NCBI GenBank assembly: GCA_000004985.1
Contig: GG738871.1
Reading direction: 5' to 3' (one strand)
Source of the DNA: Naegleria gruberi
Lineage: Eukaryota
DNA: 64,000 bases
Part shown: positions 54,690 through 64,000 of the stretch, piece by piece
How positions within the stretch are numbered: the stretch's first letter is position 1
How the letters are laid out: every line of letters begins with the position of its first letter
Notes under the pieces: model-generated
Seen by the model: only the letters and a program-made list of their open reading frames with translations
What the model was told of the DNA's origin: nothing
Databases searched by the model: none
Program-made: the position numbers and the translations under genes

Positions 54690-57231
54690 TTATTTCAATT
54701 TCTTTTTACATTTCTTAATCATCTTCTTGGTTGGTTTATCTTGTGGAAATTTAGAGAGATGATCCTGGAATATTGTAAGAGCTTGTTCATAGTCTTTCTT
54801 TGCAACTAGTTCAATTCCTTGATTGTAAATTGCCCATTCTTTTTTCTTCTTCTCCATTTCGTCCAATTCGTACATCCATTCTATATTTCCAAAAGTTTAG
54901 TTTCAAACTATAATCAAAATACATACCATCCATTTGAACTTTCAATTGATTTCCCATTTCAAACAGGTCACATTCCTTCGATTTAATCTTATCAGAAAGT
55001 GAGAAGAAGGAATCGGTATCTTTCACCAGCTCCTTTTCACATACAAATCTAAACTCAAAGCTTTGAGCATTTTCCTTATAAACGCTCTCACTCACTAAAT
55101 TTGGAATATTCAATTTGATCGCTTGTTGAATCATTCTATCAAGATTTGCATTGTAATTTCCAAAAATTGTAAAGTTTTTCATCTTTTCAGTTCCAATATT
55201 TCCAACTGAACATTTTTCAGTCAACATTGAAAATCTCAAATTGACCTTGCTATTAATCTTCTTTGTTCTTTCAATTAATTGTCTTGTTTGATCGGCTGCC
55301 TTCTTTGAATGATCTTTACAATCAAAACTGGAATTCCATGAAAATGTAATACATTGATTTTCAATATTACCCATGAAAGATCCGCTCTTATTGGACCAAG
55401 ATTGGAGCGTGGTGAATAATTCGGTAAGAGTATTCGAAACATCGTTCAAATTTCCAAATAATTCATTCAAATTCTCAATATACAATCTCATAAAGGTAAT
55501 ATCCTTATTGATTAGTCCTAACCTAAACATATTCGAATCTGTCTTAATGAAGAGAATCTTTCAGATTGTCGAGCCATTGAAGAGAATGATCTTCTCGACT
55601 CATATATTGAATTGATCTTAACTAATTTGTTAATTGGTTCAATATTTTGATTTTTGGTTTCTCCCTCAATGGAAGCTAACAAGTGAGCTGGAATGAAGGA
55701 TCTGTATTCGTTGATTCGTTTGGTCATTGATAAGAAGTGAGCTTGTAATTGGGATACTTCAGAAAATCTGGAAGGTTCTACATGGAGTGAATCCAATTCC
55801 ATATTCGAAACCATTTCGAATAGTGCGATTAAATTGTAAAATGGATGAGTAATTTTTATAGAACTGAACATTCCCAATCCAGAACCAAGCAGAAGAATCA
55901 CTAAATTTCCAATCAATGCACAAATAATGGCAATTATCATGTTTCCAATATAATTCCATTGAGGAACTGAAAAGACAATCACCCTTAATATTCTTCAATC
56001 AGAAATCTTATTAGAAACCAAGTGAACTTACCAATCTATATTAGAGGAGGTACATAATCTGAAAATTGCATTTCTTCTCGTTGCAGAATTAACCCCCAAC
56101 ATGACATTACAAGAAATATTCATAATTCCAGGATAGAGTTGACTAATTTCATTGTAAACATGTTTAACTTCTGTATTATTAATTGTGTTGATTGTGTCCA
56201 AATTTGCAGTTTCTACATCCCCTACGGGTGGTGGAGGGAAATTAGCTAATTTTTCATTAAACAATCTTTTCCAATTTAGGTAAATACTTACTTGCAACAA
56301 TTTTCTTCTCAACTTGACCTTCCAAAATAAAAGCAATTGCACCATCAATCGAATCAGTCGATTCTTTCAGAAACCACGAAAAGGTTGTCGTACTGAAATC
56401 CAAATAATGAATCCAATCAAAAACTCGAGTTGAATTTTCCAACCTGAACGAATTGACCAATGAAATTAAAATCACTGGAACTCCAGGACTACTGAATGTT
56501 TCGCTAAAGATTGGAGTATCTGGATATTTAGCAGCAATTTTCTTGACTTGTCCTGTTTCAAAAGTTGGAACTTGACTTAGTAAAATTGGACAAACGACAG
56601 AACTAGCTCCAAAATCACAAATATAATAAGTGTCAAAAATTGGTCGAGTTGTAATGAGGATGAATGGTCTGACATTCTCTTTGGGTGTAACAAACCCATT
56701 TCCATATCCCTCAAAATTATAGAGTTTTACAGCTTCAACAATTGGATGAAGTTTCGTCTCACTTTTTACGAATTGCAATAAATCCAAATTTAACTGATCG
56801 TAATCAGAAGTATTCTGACTGACATGTATTTTCATTTGGTTTTTGGAAGTTTCTGATGAGATGACCAATTCAGACAATGTATTATTAACCTGTTGCACGA
56901 GAAATGCAAATTGATGTTCAGTCAATTGTGTTGCCATCACTTCAACTGTCGAGGCAAAACTTGTTAACCAAATGATGGACGTTACCAATAGAGTAGCCAA
57001 AATCATCATGGATACCATCAAGACAAGGCATATTTTAATACTAATGATGGGTTTTCTTGTCAGAGATGATGCTTCCTCTCGAAGTAAGAGGTCTGTATCT
57101 TGTGAGGTTGGTTGTATTGACATTTTTTTGTGTTTTGATGCCAAAATCTCTACGATTAGTGAGGTAAGGGTAGCACAGATCTTGATTCTTCCATGCCATT
57201 TCCAATTTAAACTCCCATCAAAGATTGTCAA
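54690..57231 (-). CDS. receptor-type class III adenylate/guanylate cyclase, multi-exon (ORF pieces 56257..57231, 56028..56348, 55518..55982, 54811..55530, 54690..54875); splice junctions not resolved
   Basis: N-terminal TM helix (ISIKICLVLMVSMMILATLLVTSIIW) then ~250-aa extracytoplasmic region; second TM segment (IIAIICALIGNLVILLLGSGLGMF); cyclase catalytic homology KDITFMRLYIENL...GSFMGNI...KCSVGNIGTEKMKNFTIFGNYNANLDRMIQQA (cf. YTVIGDTVNTASRMES); TPR-like C-terminal exon. Pieces are collinear on the minus strand in different frames with 45-90 nt gaps/overlaps, as expected for short introns. Confidence 0.45.
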
Positions 57232-57411
57232 TGAAATTTACAATAAAATTAAAGATGACAGAATCAATTGGATGGACGAGATTTTTTAAGTATGAAAGGT
57301 ATTGAATAAGTGAGCGATAACAGTGACTAAATATGACCATCTATTTCGATTTTGGTACCTCAATTCATATTACTAATTTGCTGAGGTGCAATTAAATTTG
57401 GTATTATTTAA

Positions 57412-59441
57412 TTAAATAATTTGAAATTCCTTTTCAATGGTTGATTGAGTGGCTACTCTAAATTCTAATGGTCCATTGTAGAGTGATAATCTGTCTGTGT
57501 CCCAATCGAAAAATGCAGGTCCACAATTATCTCCATAACTGTTTAGTTCAATAATCTTTACAATTTCCTTTTCTAGATCAATGACTACAAAGTCAATACA
57601 ACAATCATCGAGAGGTATCTTGTGTTTGACCTTTTCAAAATAATTCAAGATAATTCTCTTCATGGATTGATATTCTTCTATTGGAACATTTGGAAAGAAA
57701 GATGAACTGAAATATTGAGTCATGGCTGTCATTTTCTTGTTTCTGATAAAAGTTCTGACTTCTCTCCAAATAGGAATGTCAATCCACTCCCTTTGTTCAT
57801 AAAATATGATTGTACATGATTCATTTCTAATATATTCTTATCAATTACTTACCTGATCACAATTTGAATGGGCATTGATTCATTACTTTGATGTTGAACT
57901 GCATCACTTCCCAATGAAACTGATAAATCAACATGAGATCTATAACTAATAGTCATTAATTTGATAAAATCCTCTCCTGATTTGACTTTCATACATTTCT
58001 GAGCACATATTTGAGTTATGGCCGATTGATACTTTTCATGTTTGAGTGAAAGTCGATCTCCACTTGAATCTACCTCCAAGGAATATAGCTCACTCCATTG
58101 TTTGACCATCTCCTCTACCATGGCATCATATTGATTGACTTTGAAAGCAGCATCCTTTGGAGAACGATGTGAAAGTTTAACAAAGGCTTCTCTATTTGGA
58201 AATTCACTCATCACTTGATTGATTCTGTTGGCTAATCCTTTCAAAATTTCTTCCTCTTCACTCTGTGTTTGTGATCCAAAGAACCATCTTTCGTATTCCT
58301 TTACAATGGCTTGAGCTTCTCCATAAGAAATTGAAAGAAAACGTGTTTTGAAAGTTTCCTCACCCAACTTGTCCATCCAAGTATTGCAATCAGTGAGATC
58401 GACATATAAAGTCAAACTAGCATTAATTAATTGCTTCTCTGGGATTATTTTGAACCATTCCAAATCATTTTCCTTAATTTCCAATGTAGATCCATCTTGC
58501 AAACATGGGAAATCTGATAATTTCTTCAACAACTCGAATACAGCATCTCTTAATAGGTAATGATATGAAAAACAGAATAATAAAGTGATTGGAAGAAATT
58601 GTTCTACTTGGAAGAGAAGGAATTTCTTCAATGAGCATAAATCTAAATGTCTAATTCTGAAAACTTCATTGAAAAACTTGAAGAGATTTACAACTCTTGT
58701 CAATTTCTCCAATTGATTGTTATCAGATTGACAATAATAAATTTCCAAGCATTCTTCCATAATTTTGTGAAATAAAAGTGGTTTTTCAATCCTATTACAT
58801 CTGGATATACGGAAAATATGCTTAAATTCACTTTCTCCTTCATAAATATTAAATAAATCTTGCAATATTTCAATTAAACTATTTTCATCATGATTCGAAT
58901 TTTCAATCTTTTCAATTACTTGTTCCAAATTATCCAAACAATTTCCTAACTTGCTTTCGATCTTCCATCTTCTTTCAATAGGTATCTTTCTCATAATACT
59001 TTCATTCTTCATCTCAATTTCATCTTCAGCAAGATTCGAATCGTCATCATTACTAGTGAGTGATGGAAATAATTCAAAATCTGAATTTTCATTCCGATGA
59101 TCCAAATCTTGTTGATCATTTATCAATTTACGAAAATCATCAATTAATTCACTCCAAAATTGTGAATCTTCCGATACTTGTTTTCCCAACTTTTCATTCA
59201 ATGCTTGTTTACAATCTTGTGCAAGATTTGTAATTTTGTAATTGTTATTGCCATCATCATCGTCAGCATCTTTATCAGTGGAGAGAAGAAATACTTTTGA
59301 AAAGAGAGAGCACATTAAACTCTGAGAATTAGGACTCATACGCAAATAGTCCAATACGGTGAGTAGATTTTCAGACATTTTTATTTTGTGCTTCAAATTC
59401 GAAAATGAAGTTGGAAAATTGAGATGCACTTGAAGGATCAA
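57412..59441 (-). CDS. CDC123: Cdc123-family (D123, ATP-grasp-like) protein with long N-terminal extension; 2 exons (57853..59441 or start 59378, and 57412..57742), intron 57743..57852 (110 nt)
   Basis: Motifs REAFVKLSHRSPKDA and DFVVIDLEKEIVKIIELNSYGDNCGPAFFDWDTD match Cdc123 ATP-grasp core. Upstream ORF ends ATC AG|GTAAGT; acceptor TTTTATCAG|A restores frame into ..R NKKMTAMTQYF.. Confidence 0.55.
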
Positions 59442-59547
59442 TATTTTATGAAAGGAATATTAAGACTATACATTGAATATTTAAAGTATTTAAAATTAAA
59501 TATTGTTAAATTATTAAATTGTAAAATTGTAAAGAGTTTAAAAAAAA

Positions 59548-60771
59548 ATGAACAAGTACAAATCGATTCTTTCCTCCTCATCAACATTAAGCAATTCCAC
59601 ACCAATGATGATGATGACGAAACACCTCCCGAGAGCCACATTATTTTCCCTGAAAAAATCTTCTCCGAATCATGAAGAATTAAATTTCGGAATTTCAATG
59701 ATGATGATGAAGAAGAATACAAGACGATGCTTTTCCTCCTCATTAAACAATCAAAAAGAAACAAAATCCAATAGTGATGATGATTATAAAATTCAATATG
59801 AAAAATACACTAAAGATTTAGCCCAACGAGTGGTTGATATTTTCCATGCACAAAAGAGTTGTCAATTAACAAGTTTTGGAGGATCGGAGAGTACTAGTGT
59901 TGAACATTTGAAAACTTCAATCATTCCGATGGCTATTGTTAAAAAGACAGTCTCTGATATTTATTTATCGGAATTTAAGAAGAAACCAAAGAAGGAACAA
60001 GAAGAACATTTGGAAGGAATTAAATATTATGAGGATATTTCAGGATTTGAAGATGATGGATATAATCTTAAACATTTTGATATTTATATTTGCATGCCTG
60101 ATGGAAGTGATCATCTTGTTAATATTTCCAATGCTCCAGAGCCATTGCAAATCAGAAGAAAATTACTCCCAACAGAGACAGCCATTGTCAGTATTGCAAC
60201 TGGTCACAGCGATCAGATTATGAGCTCACTATTCCAGAGAGTGGGTAGAATGCCTCCACGTGCCACAATTTCTGCCACTCTTGAAACTATTCCAAAAGAG
60301 TCTGAGGGATTTCATCAAATTTGGACTGAACAATTTAGAATGCATCCAAATGTTTCGATTCAAATGAAGAAGAATAGTGCCAATATTTTCAGAGTGAGAG
60401 TTGTCAAGAGTGCCTTCTTTTTGGATGAAGGATCAGCCATGAAAGAAATTCAAGATATGGATCATTTGAGTAGGGAAGTTATTCCAGATTCACTTTCTGC
60501 ATCAGCCAATATCAAATCAATTATTAGAAGATTGAATGGAAATCCAGAGAGAGTTGCAGCCATTTTGGAGAAGGGTTTTGGAATTCATTTGAGTGACTTT
60601 TTCGTTTATGAACTCAATTCATATTGCATGAGAATTATGGGCAGAGATGTGAGCTATGGCAATGGAAAGAAGGAACCATCACAATTTTCAACCTATGAAT
60701 TGGACCATGGTTATAAAATTTCAACCGAGGCCATGTTTAATCAATACCTTACCAAATTCCATAATGCATAA
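59548..60771 (+). CDS. hypothetical protein (407 aa), N-terminus resembles mitochondrial presequence
   Basis: Complete ORF; Ser/Met/Lys-rich N-terminus; no domain recognised. Confidence 0.35.
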   Translation: MNKYKSILSSSSTLSNSTPMMMMTKHLPRATLFSLKKSSPNHEELNFGISMMMMKKNTRRCFSSSLNNQKETKSNSDDDYKIQYEKYTKDLAQRVVDIFHAQKSCQLTSFGGSESTSVEHLKTSIIPMAIVKKTVSDIYLSEFKKKPKKEQEEHLEGIKYYEDISGFEDDGYNLKHFDIYICMPDGSDHLVNISNAPEPLQIRRKLLPTETAIVSIATGHSDQIMSSLFQRVGRMPPRATISATLETIPKESEGFHQIWTEQFRMHPNVSIQMKKNSANIFRVRVVKSAFFLDEGSAMKEIQDMDHLSREVIPDSLSASANIKSIIRRLNGNPERVAAILEKGFGIHLSDFFVYELNSYCMRIMGRDVSYGNGKKEPSQFSTYELDHGYKISTEAMFNQYLTKFHNA

Positions 60772-60958
60772 ATTATTAATTGATTTTGAAACTACAAGAA
60801 ACGTTTTATTATTAATTATGCATAAAAATGTTTTATTTATTATTTCAAGAAACTGTTGCAAATTGCAGGAAAGGATGAACGTTACCAAAGGAAAGGAACA
60901 GCTAAAGAACAATAACAAATACAAATTTAAATATTTTTGTTTTTATAAAAGAGAGAAT

Positions 60959-61390
60959 TTAGAATCTCAATGGGGAGAAGAATTCCTTCATAGCCTTACC
61001 ACCCTTCAAGTACTTAGCTTCAAACTTCTTCTTGATGGCCTTCTTGGCTTCCTTCTTTTGTGTAGCATCTTCAGAGGTCTTATCAGCAATCAAACCCTTG
61101 AAATCCATGTCCAAAGTGTGTCTAGTTGGCATCATATGTTGGTAGTTGACAGACTTGATGAAAACAGTGAGCTTGCTTCTTCTCTTCATGGCAGTCAATG
61201 ACATAGACTTGGTGACGGACTTTGGATATTGGTCAATACCGACAACAACAGCGTGTGGGAAGGACTTATCGTTGGCAGCATCATCGAAGTTCTTGGCAAT
61301 AACAGCCTTTCTGCCGGCATATCTACCTTGCAAGATGATGACGATTTTACCTGGCTTCAAAAACTTGGTTTGTTGGACTTCCTTTGCCAT
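60959..61390 (-). CDS. RPL27: 60S ribosomal protein L27e
   Basis: MAKEVQQTKFLKPGKIVIILQGRYAGRKAVIAKNFDD...YNYNHMMPTR...FFSPLRF-stop aligns along its whole length with human RPL27 ([31 protein letters not shown]...FFQKLRF). Confidence 0.9.
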   Translation of the reverse strand: MAKEVQQTKFLKPGKIVIILQGRYAGRKAVIAKNFDDAANDKSFPHAVVVGIDQYPKSVTKSMSLTAMKRRSKLTVFIKSVNYQHMMPTRHTLDMDFKGLIADKTSEDATQKKEAKKAIKKKFEAKYLKGGKAMKEFFSPLRF

Positions 61391-61658
61391 TTCGTGTTTT
61401 GGATTTTTTTTTCGAACAAATTTTTAGTTAACTAGCGATCCCCAACTTTACAACAAAGATAAAAATGAGCCATTTTTAACTCAATGCAAGGAAAACAACA
61501 AAACAAGCACCATGAAGTGACTTTGCTTCTTCTCCACCAACATTCCGAGAAGGTTTGACTCACCATAACATCTTCATCTTAACAAGTCTCTCACTACCAA
61601 TAGGTCTTCTTGTTGTTCTTGTTCATCTAATATTGATTGAAGGCAAAGAAAGAAAAAA

Positions 61659-62003
61659 ATGTTCAACCCTGGAAATCTTGGAAAATTCCTTCACTTGTTT
61701 GGATCAACTAGAATTGGAAAAATTGGTGATAAACTCTCTCTTCTTAAAGGACAAGGTGAAGCTGGTGGTTTGGTTCGTGTTACTATGAGTGGACTCGGAA
61801 AGATTGAAAAACTCGAACTTGACGACAAGCTCTCCGGAAAGAGTTTGGAAACAATTGAAGACCTTGTTGTGAGTGCTTGCAACTCTGCAAAGGAAGATTT
61901 GGAAAGAAAGACCAATGAAGAAATGATGAATTTGAGATCTGACCCAGAACTCCTTGCCGTCTTTGCTAGAATGTTCAACAAGGGACCAAATGAAACTAAT
62001 TAA
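61659..62003 (+). CDS. YbaB/EbfC-family nucleoid-associated protein homolog (114 aa)
   Basis: MFNPGNLGKFLHLF...GEAGGGLVRVTMSGLGKIEKLELDDKL...SLETIEDLVVSACNSAKEDLERK... aligns along its whole length with E. coli YbaB (MFGKGGLGNLMKQAQQMQ...[31 protein letters not shown]...LEDLVAAAFNDAARRIEE). Confidence 0.6.
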   Translation: MFNPGNLGKFLHLFGSTRIGKIGDKLSLLKGQGEAGGLVRVTMSGLGKIEKLELDDKLSGKSLETIEDLVVSACNSAKEDLERKTNEEMMNLRSDPELLAVFARMFNKGPNETN

Positions 62004-63333
62004 ATTATTATTAACTTTGAAAGTCATCATTGTCATGCTCTCCGAGATTTTAGGATAATTCTCTCTCATACTCAACAACAACAATAATAGTACTCTACTC
62101 GTTGTGGATTTTCTACATTAATCAGCATTATTATTCAAATAATTAATTTGGATGTAATTTAATAAAACAACAAAAACTTTAAAATTCATTTGTTTTTATT
62201 GAATATAAATAAACATAATATTAAAAGTTTTTTCTCCCTTCCGATTCAAATCATTGAATACTAGTATTATATTATATAGGATGTATTCTTATACTCCCAA
62301 ATTGTTAATTAATTAACCAAACACCGAATGACTAAGAACAAGTGCAAAATCGACTTCTTTAAAGCACATCTTCTCCTAGATGAATATTCACTTCATCATT
62401 ATCGATGAAGTATCACCACCATCAAAATTTGTCTCTAATATTTTCACATTGTAAGCAATATTCTCTTTGGTTGGCTAGAAATATTCTTCAACCCTTTAAA
62501 ACTGCAAACACTTTGTTGAGGAAGAGAACAACAAAATCAAAAAAAATGTTTCCTCTTCCACTTCTCTATTCATAATAGAATTTGTTCATTAGCACAAAGT
62601 TGTATGTATTGTACTGTTTCGACGGGATGAAGGCTGGTTGCGCGAAGGTACTTGGTTGATGTTGCTCTCTTGGTTGAATGGTTATCAAAGGCTTGATATT
62701 GTTCTGTTATTGCTGGTTCTTTCAATGATGATCAACGTTTAAATGACGAGTCTGAAGATAATGCGAGGACAAAAAAACATTTGGCTTTTATATCTGATTA
62801 TGAACCAAACAGACAATGTCTAGTTGATGATGGTTATTTGATTAGAGTGTGCTCTACTCGATATCTTTAACAATCAGTCCATCCCGTCAAGAATTTCTCG
62901 AATACTAACTACATATTTTAGAATTGAACCTTTTTGAAAAGGTAAATAGTTCTTGCTTGAGAGGGATGGTGTGTTCAGAATACTTGTTTTGAATATCAAG
63001 TTTCGGCTTGTTTGAATTTTAATGATGATTAAACAATTGATGAGGCATTTATCCGACGCCCAAATAACTGGAGACAAACCTTTTGCTACCTTAACTTTCT
63101 GATGATTCAACAATTCAAAGCTTGTTGTTTGGACTTTTGTTCTGAATAGCCATCCCTGACAATATGTTTACTTACCATTTACTGTTTTTTAATTTAATAT
63201 TTAACAATTTTAGAATAAAGAAAATGAGTTGAAATGTAAATTTATATTGCTGTTATGTGTCTTAAAATCATTAATCTTGTGTTATTCAAACACTTAGAAA
63301 TGTACTATTTACATCTTATTGCAGGGGAACAAT

Positions 63334-63981
63334 TCAATTTACTAATTGGTTATTCTTCTTGACCTTACTCAAAGTGCATTTCAAAATGAAATCAGTATCA
63401 TTTCGCAAAGATTCATCGACAAATTCAATAGCATCCTCACATTGATGAATTGCCTCCCAAACCACATCTCTATCTTTTTTCAGTTCACCCCCTACATATC
63501 TCAATGCCATTCCATCTTGTTTTACAGCTACTAAGGCCAGCTCCTTATCATTCTGGAGAACATATCGAGCATATCGAATCATTGAACCATTTTGTTTAAC
63601 TCCTTCCATGAACACTTCCTTGTCTTCCAACATGTCTCTGAAGAGAAATCCCAAAGTGAGTGGATTTTTCCTTACCAATTTCAATACAATTTCTCTATCT
63701 TGTAAAATGTGATCCTTTCTATCTTCACGAATGCTCCCATTATAAGGAATACACCCCAAAGCATTGATATTCAAATCAATGGCTTCCTCAAGGAATGAAT
63801 AATCTTTGATAAGTTCAGGATCAGCAGACGAAATTGAGTAATAATCCAACCTCATTGCTGTCAACATGATTTGTGCATCAGCTTTAAATTCCTGTCCAAT
63901 GTAAAAACAGGATCCACGTACTTGACTAACCAGTTCCAGAATGAACTCCCTATTTTTCATCAATTCTTCATCAACCCTCAA
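63334..63981 (-). CDS. DUF4116-repeat protein (possibly 5'-truncated by window edge)
   Basis: Repeats of the type AV.QNG.AL.YA...L..D.E.VL.AV (..NGSMIRYARYVLQNDKELALVAVKQDGMALRYVGGELKKDRDVVWEAI..). Confidence 0.4.
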   Translation of the reverse strand: MRVDEELMKNREFILELVSQVRGSCFYIGQEFKADAQIMLTAMRLDYYSISSADPELIKDYSFLEEAIDLNINALGCIPYNGSIREDRKDHILQDREIVLKLVRKNPLTLGFLFRDMLEDKEVFMEGVKQNGSMIRYARYVLQNDKELALVAVKQDGMALRYVGGELKKDRDVVWEAIHQCEDAIEFVDESLRNDTDFILKCTLSKVKKNNQLVN

Positions 63982-64000
63982 TAATGATTCAGGTTGAATT

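Noticed and set aside
1-64000. Alternative genetic code (TAA reassigned) to explain the in-frame TAA between the BTB and WWE ORFs
   Set aside because: TAA terminates the actin-related protein exactly at the conserved ..HRRCF C-terminus and terminates RPL27 after ..LRF, so the standard code applies.
1-64000. CRISPR arrays, restriction-modification, toxin-antitoxin or other prokaryotic defence islands, integrons, IS elements
   Set aside because: None seen. There are no regularly spaced direct repeats with unique spacers, and the sequence is eukaryotic (spliceosomal introns, RPL27e, actin-fold, 5S/tRNA Pol III genes).

Overview
This window is AT-rich (about 30% GC) eukaryotic nuclear DNA, not a prokaryotic locus. 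Genes are densely packed on both strands and carry short spliceosomal introns of 45-110 nt with GTAAGT/GTATGT donors and YAG acceptors. The code is the standard one: conserved C-termini of an actin-related protein and of RPL27 both end in TAA stops. Gene content suggests a fungus, possibly an early-diverging AT-rich lineage, but this is inference: a GH76 Dfg5-like mannanase, a TALE homeodomain factor, Cdc123, RPL27e, many BTB/F-box/LRR/U-box/RCC1/TPR/RGS proteins, a dispersed single 5S rRNA and Asn-rich coding repeats. I can support about 30 protein-coding genes, several of them rebuilt by splicing adjacent ORFs from the six-frame track. RNA genes are two tRNAs (Lys-CTT, Gly-GCC) and one 5S rRNA with an oligo-T terminator. 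There is also a cytochrome P450 C-terminal relic and coding and intergenic repeats/palindromes. No CRISPR array, prokaryotic defence island or integron is present. The most unusual items are: (1) a roughly 1177 aa BTB(T1/KCTD)...WWE-like protein that only exists if a 45-nt intron containing an in-frame TAA is spliced out. (2) A PL7 alginate-lyase-fold protein with an Asn/Thr-rich repeat tail. (3) A bacterial-type YbaB/EbfC nucleoid-protein homolog next to RPL27. (4) A multi-exon receptor-type class III nucleotidyl cyclase. (5) A cluster of ubiquitin-ligase adaptor genes.
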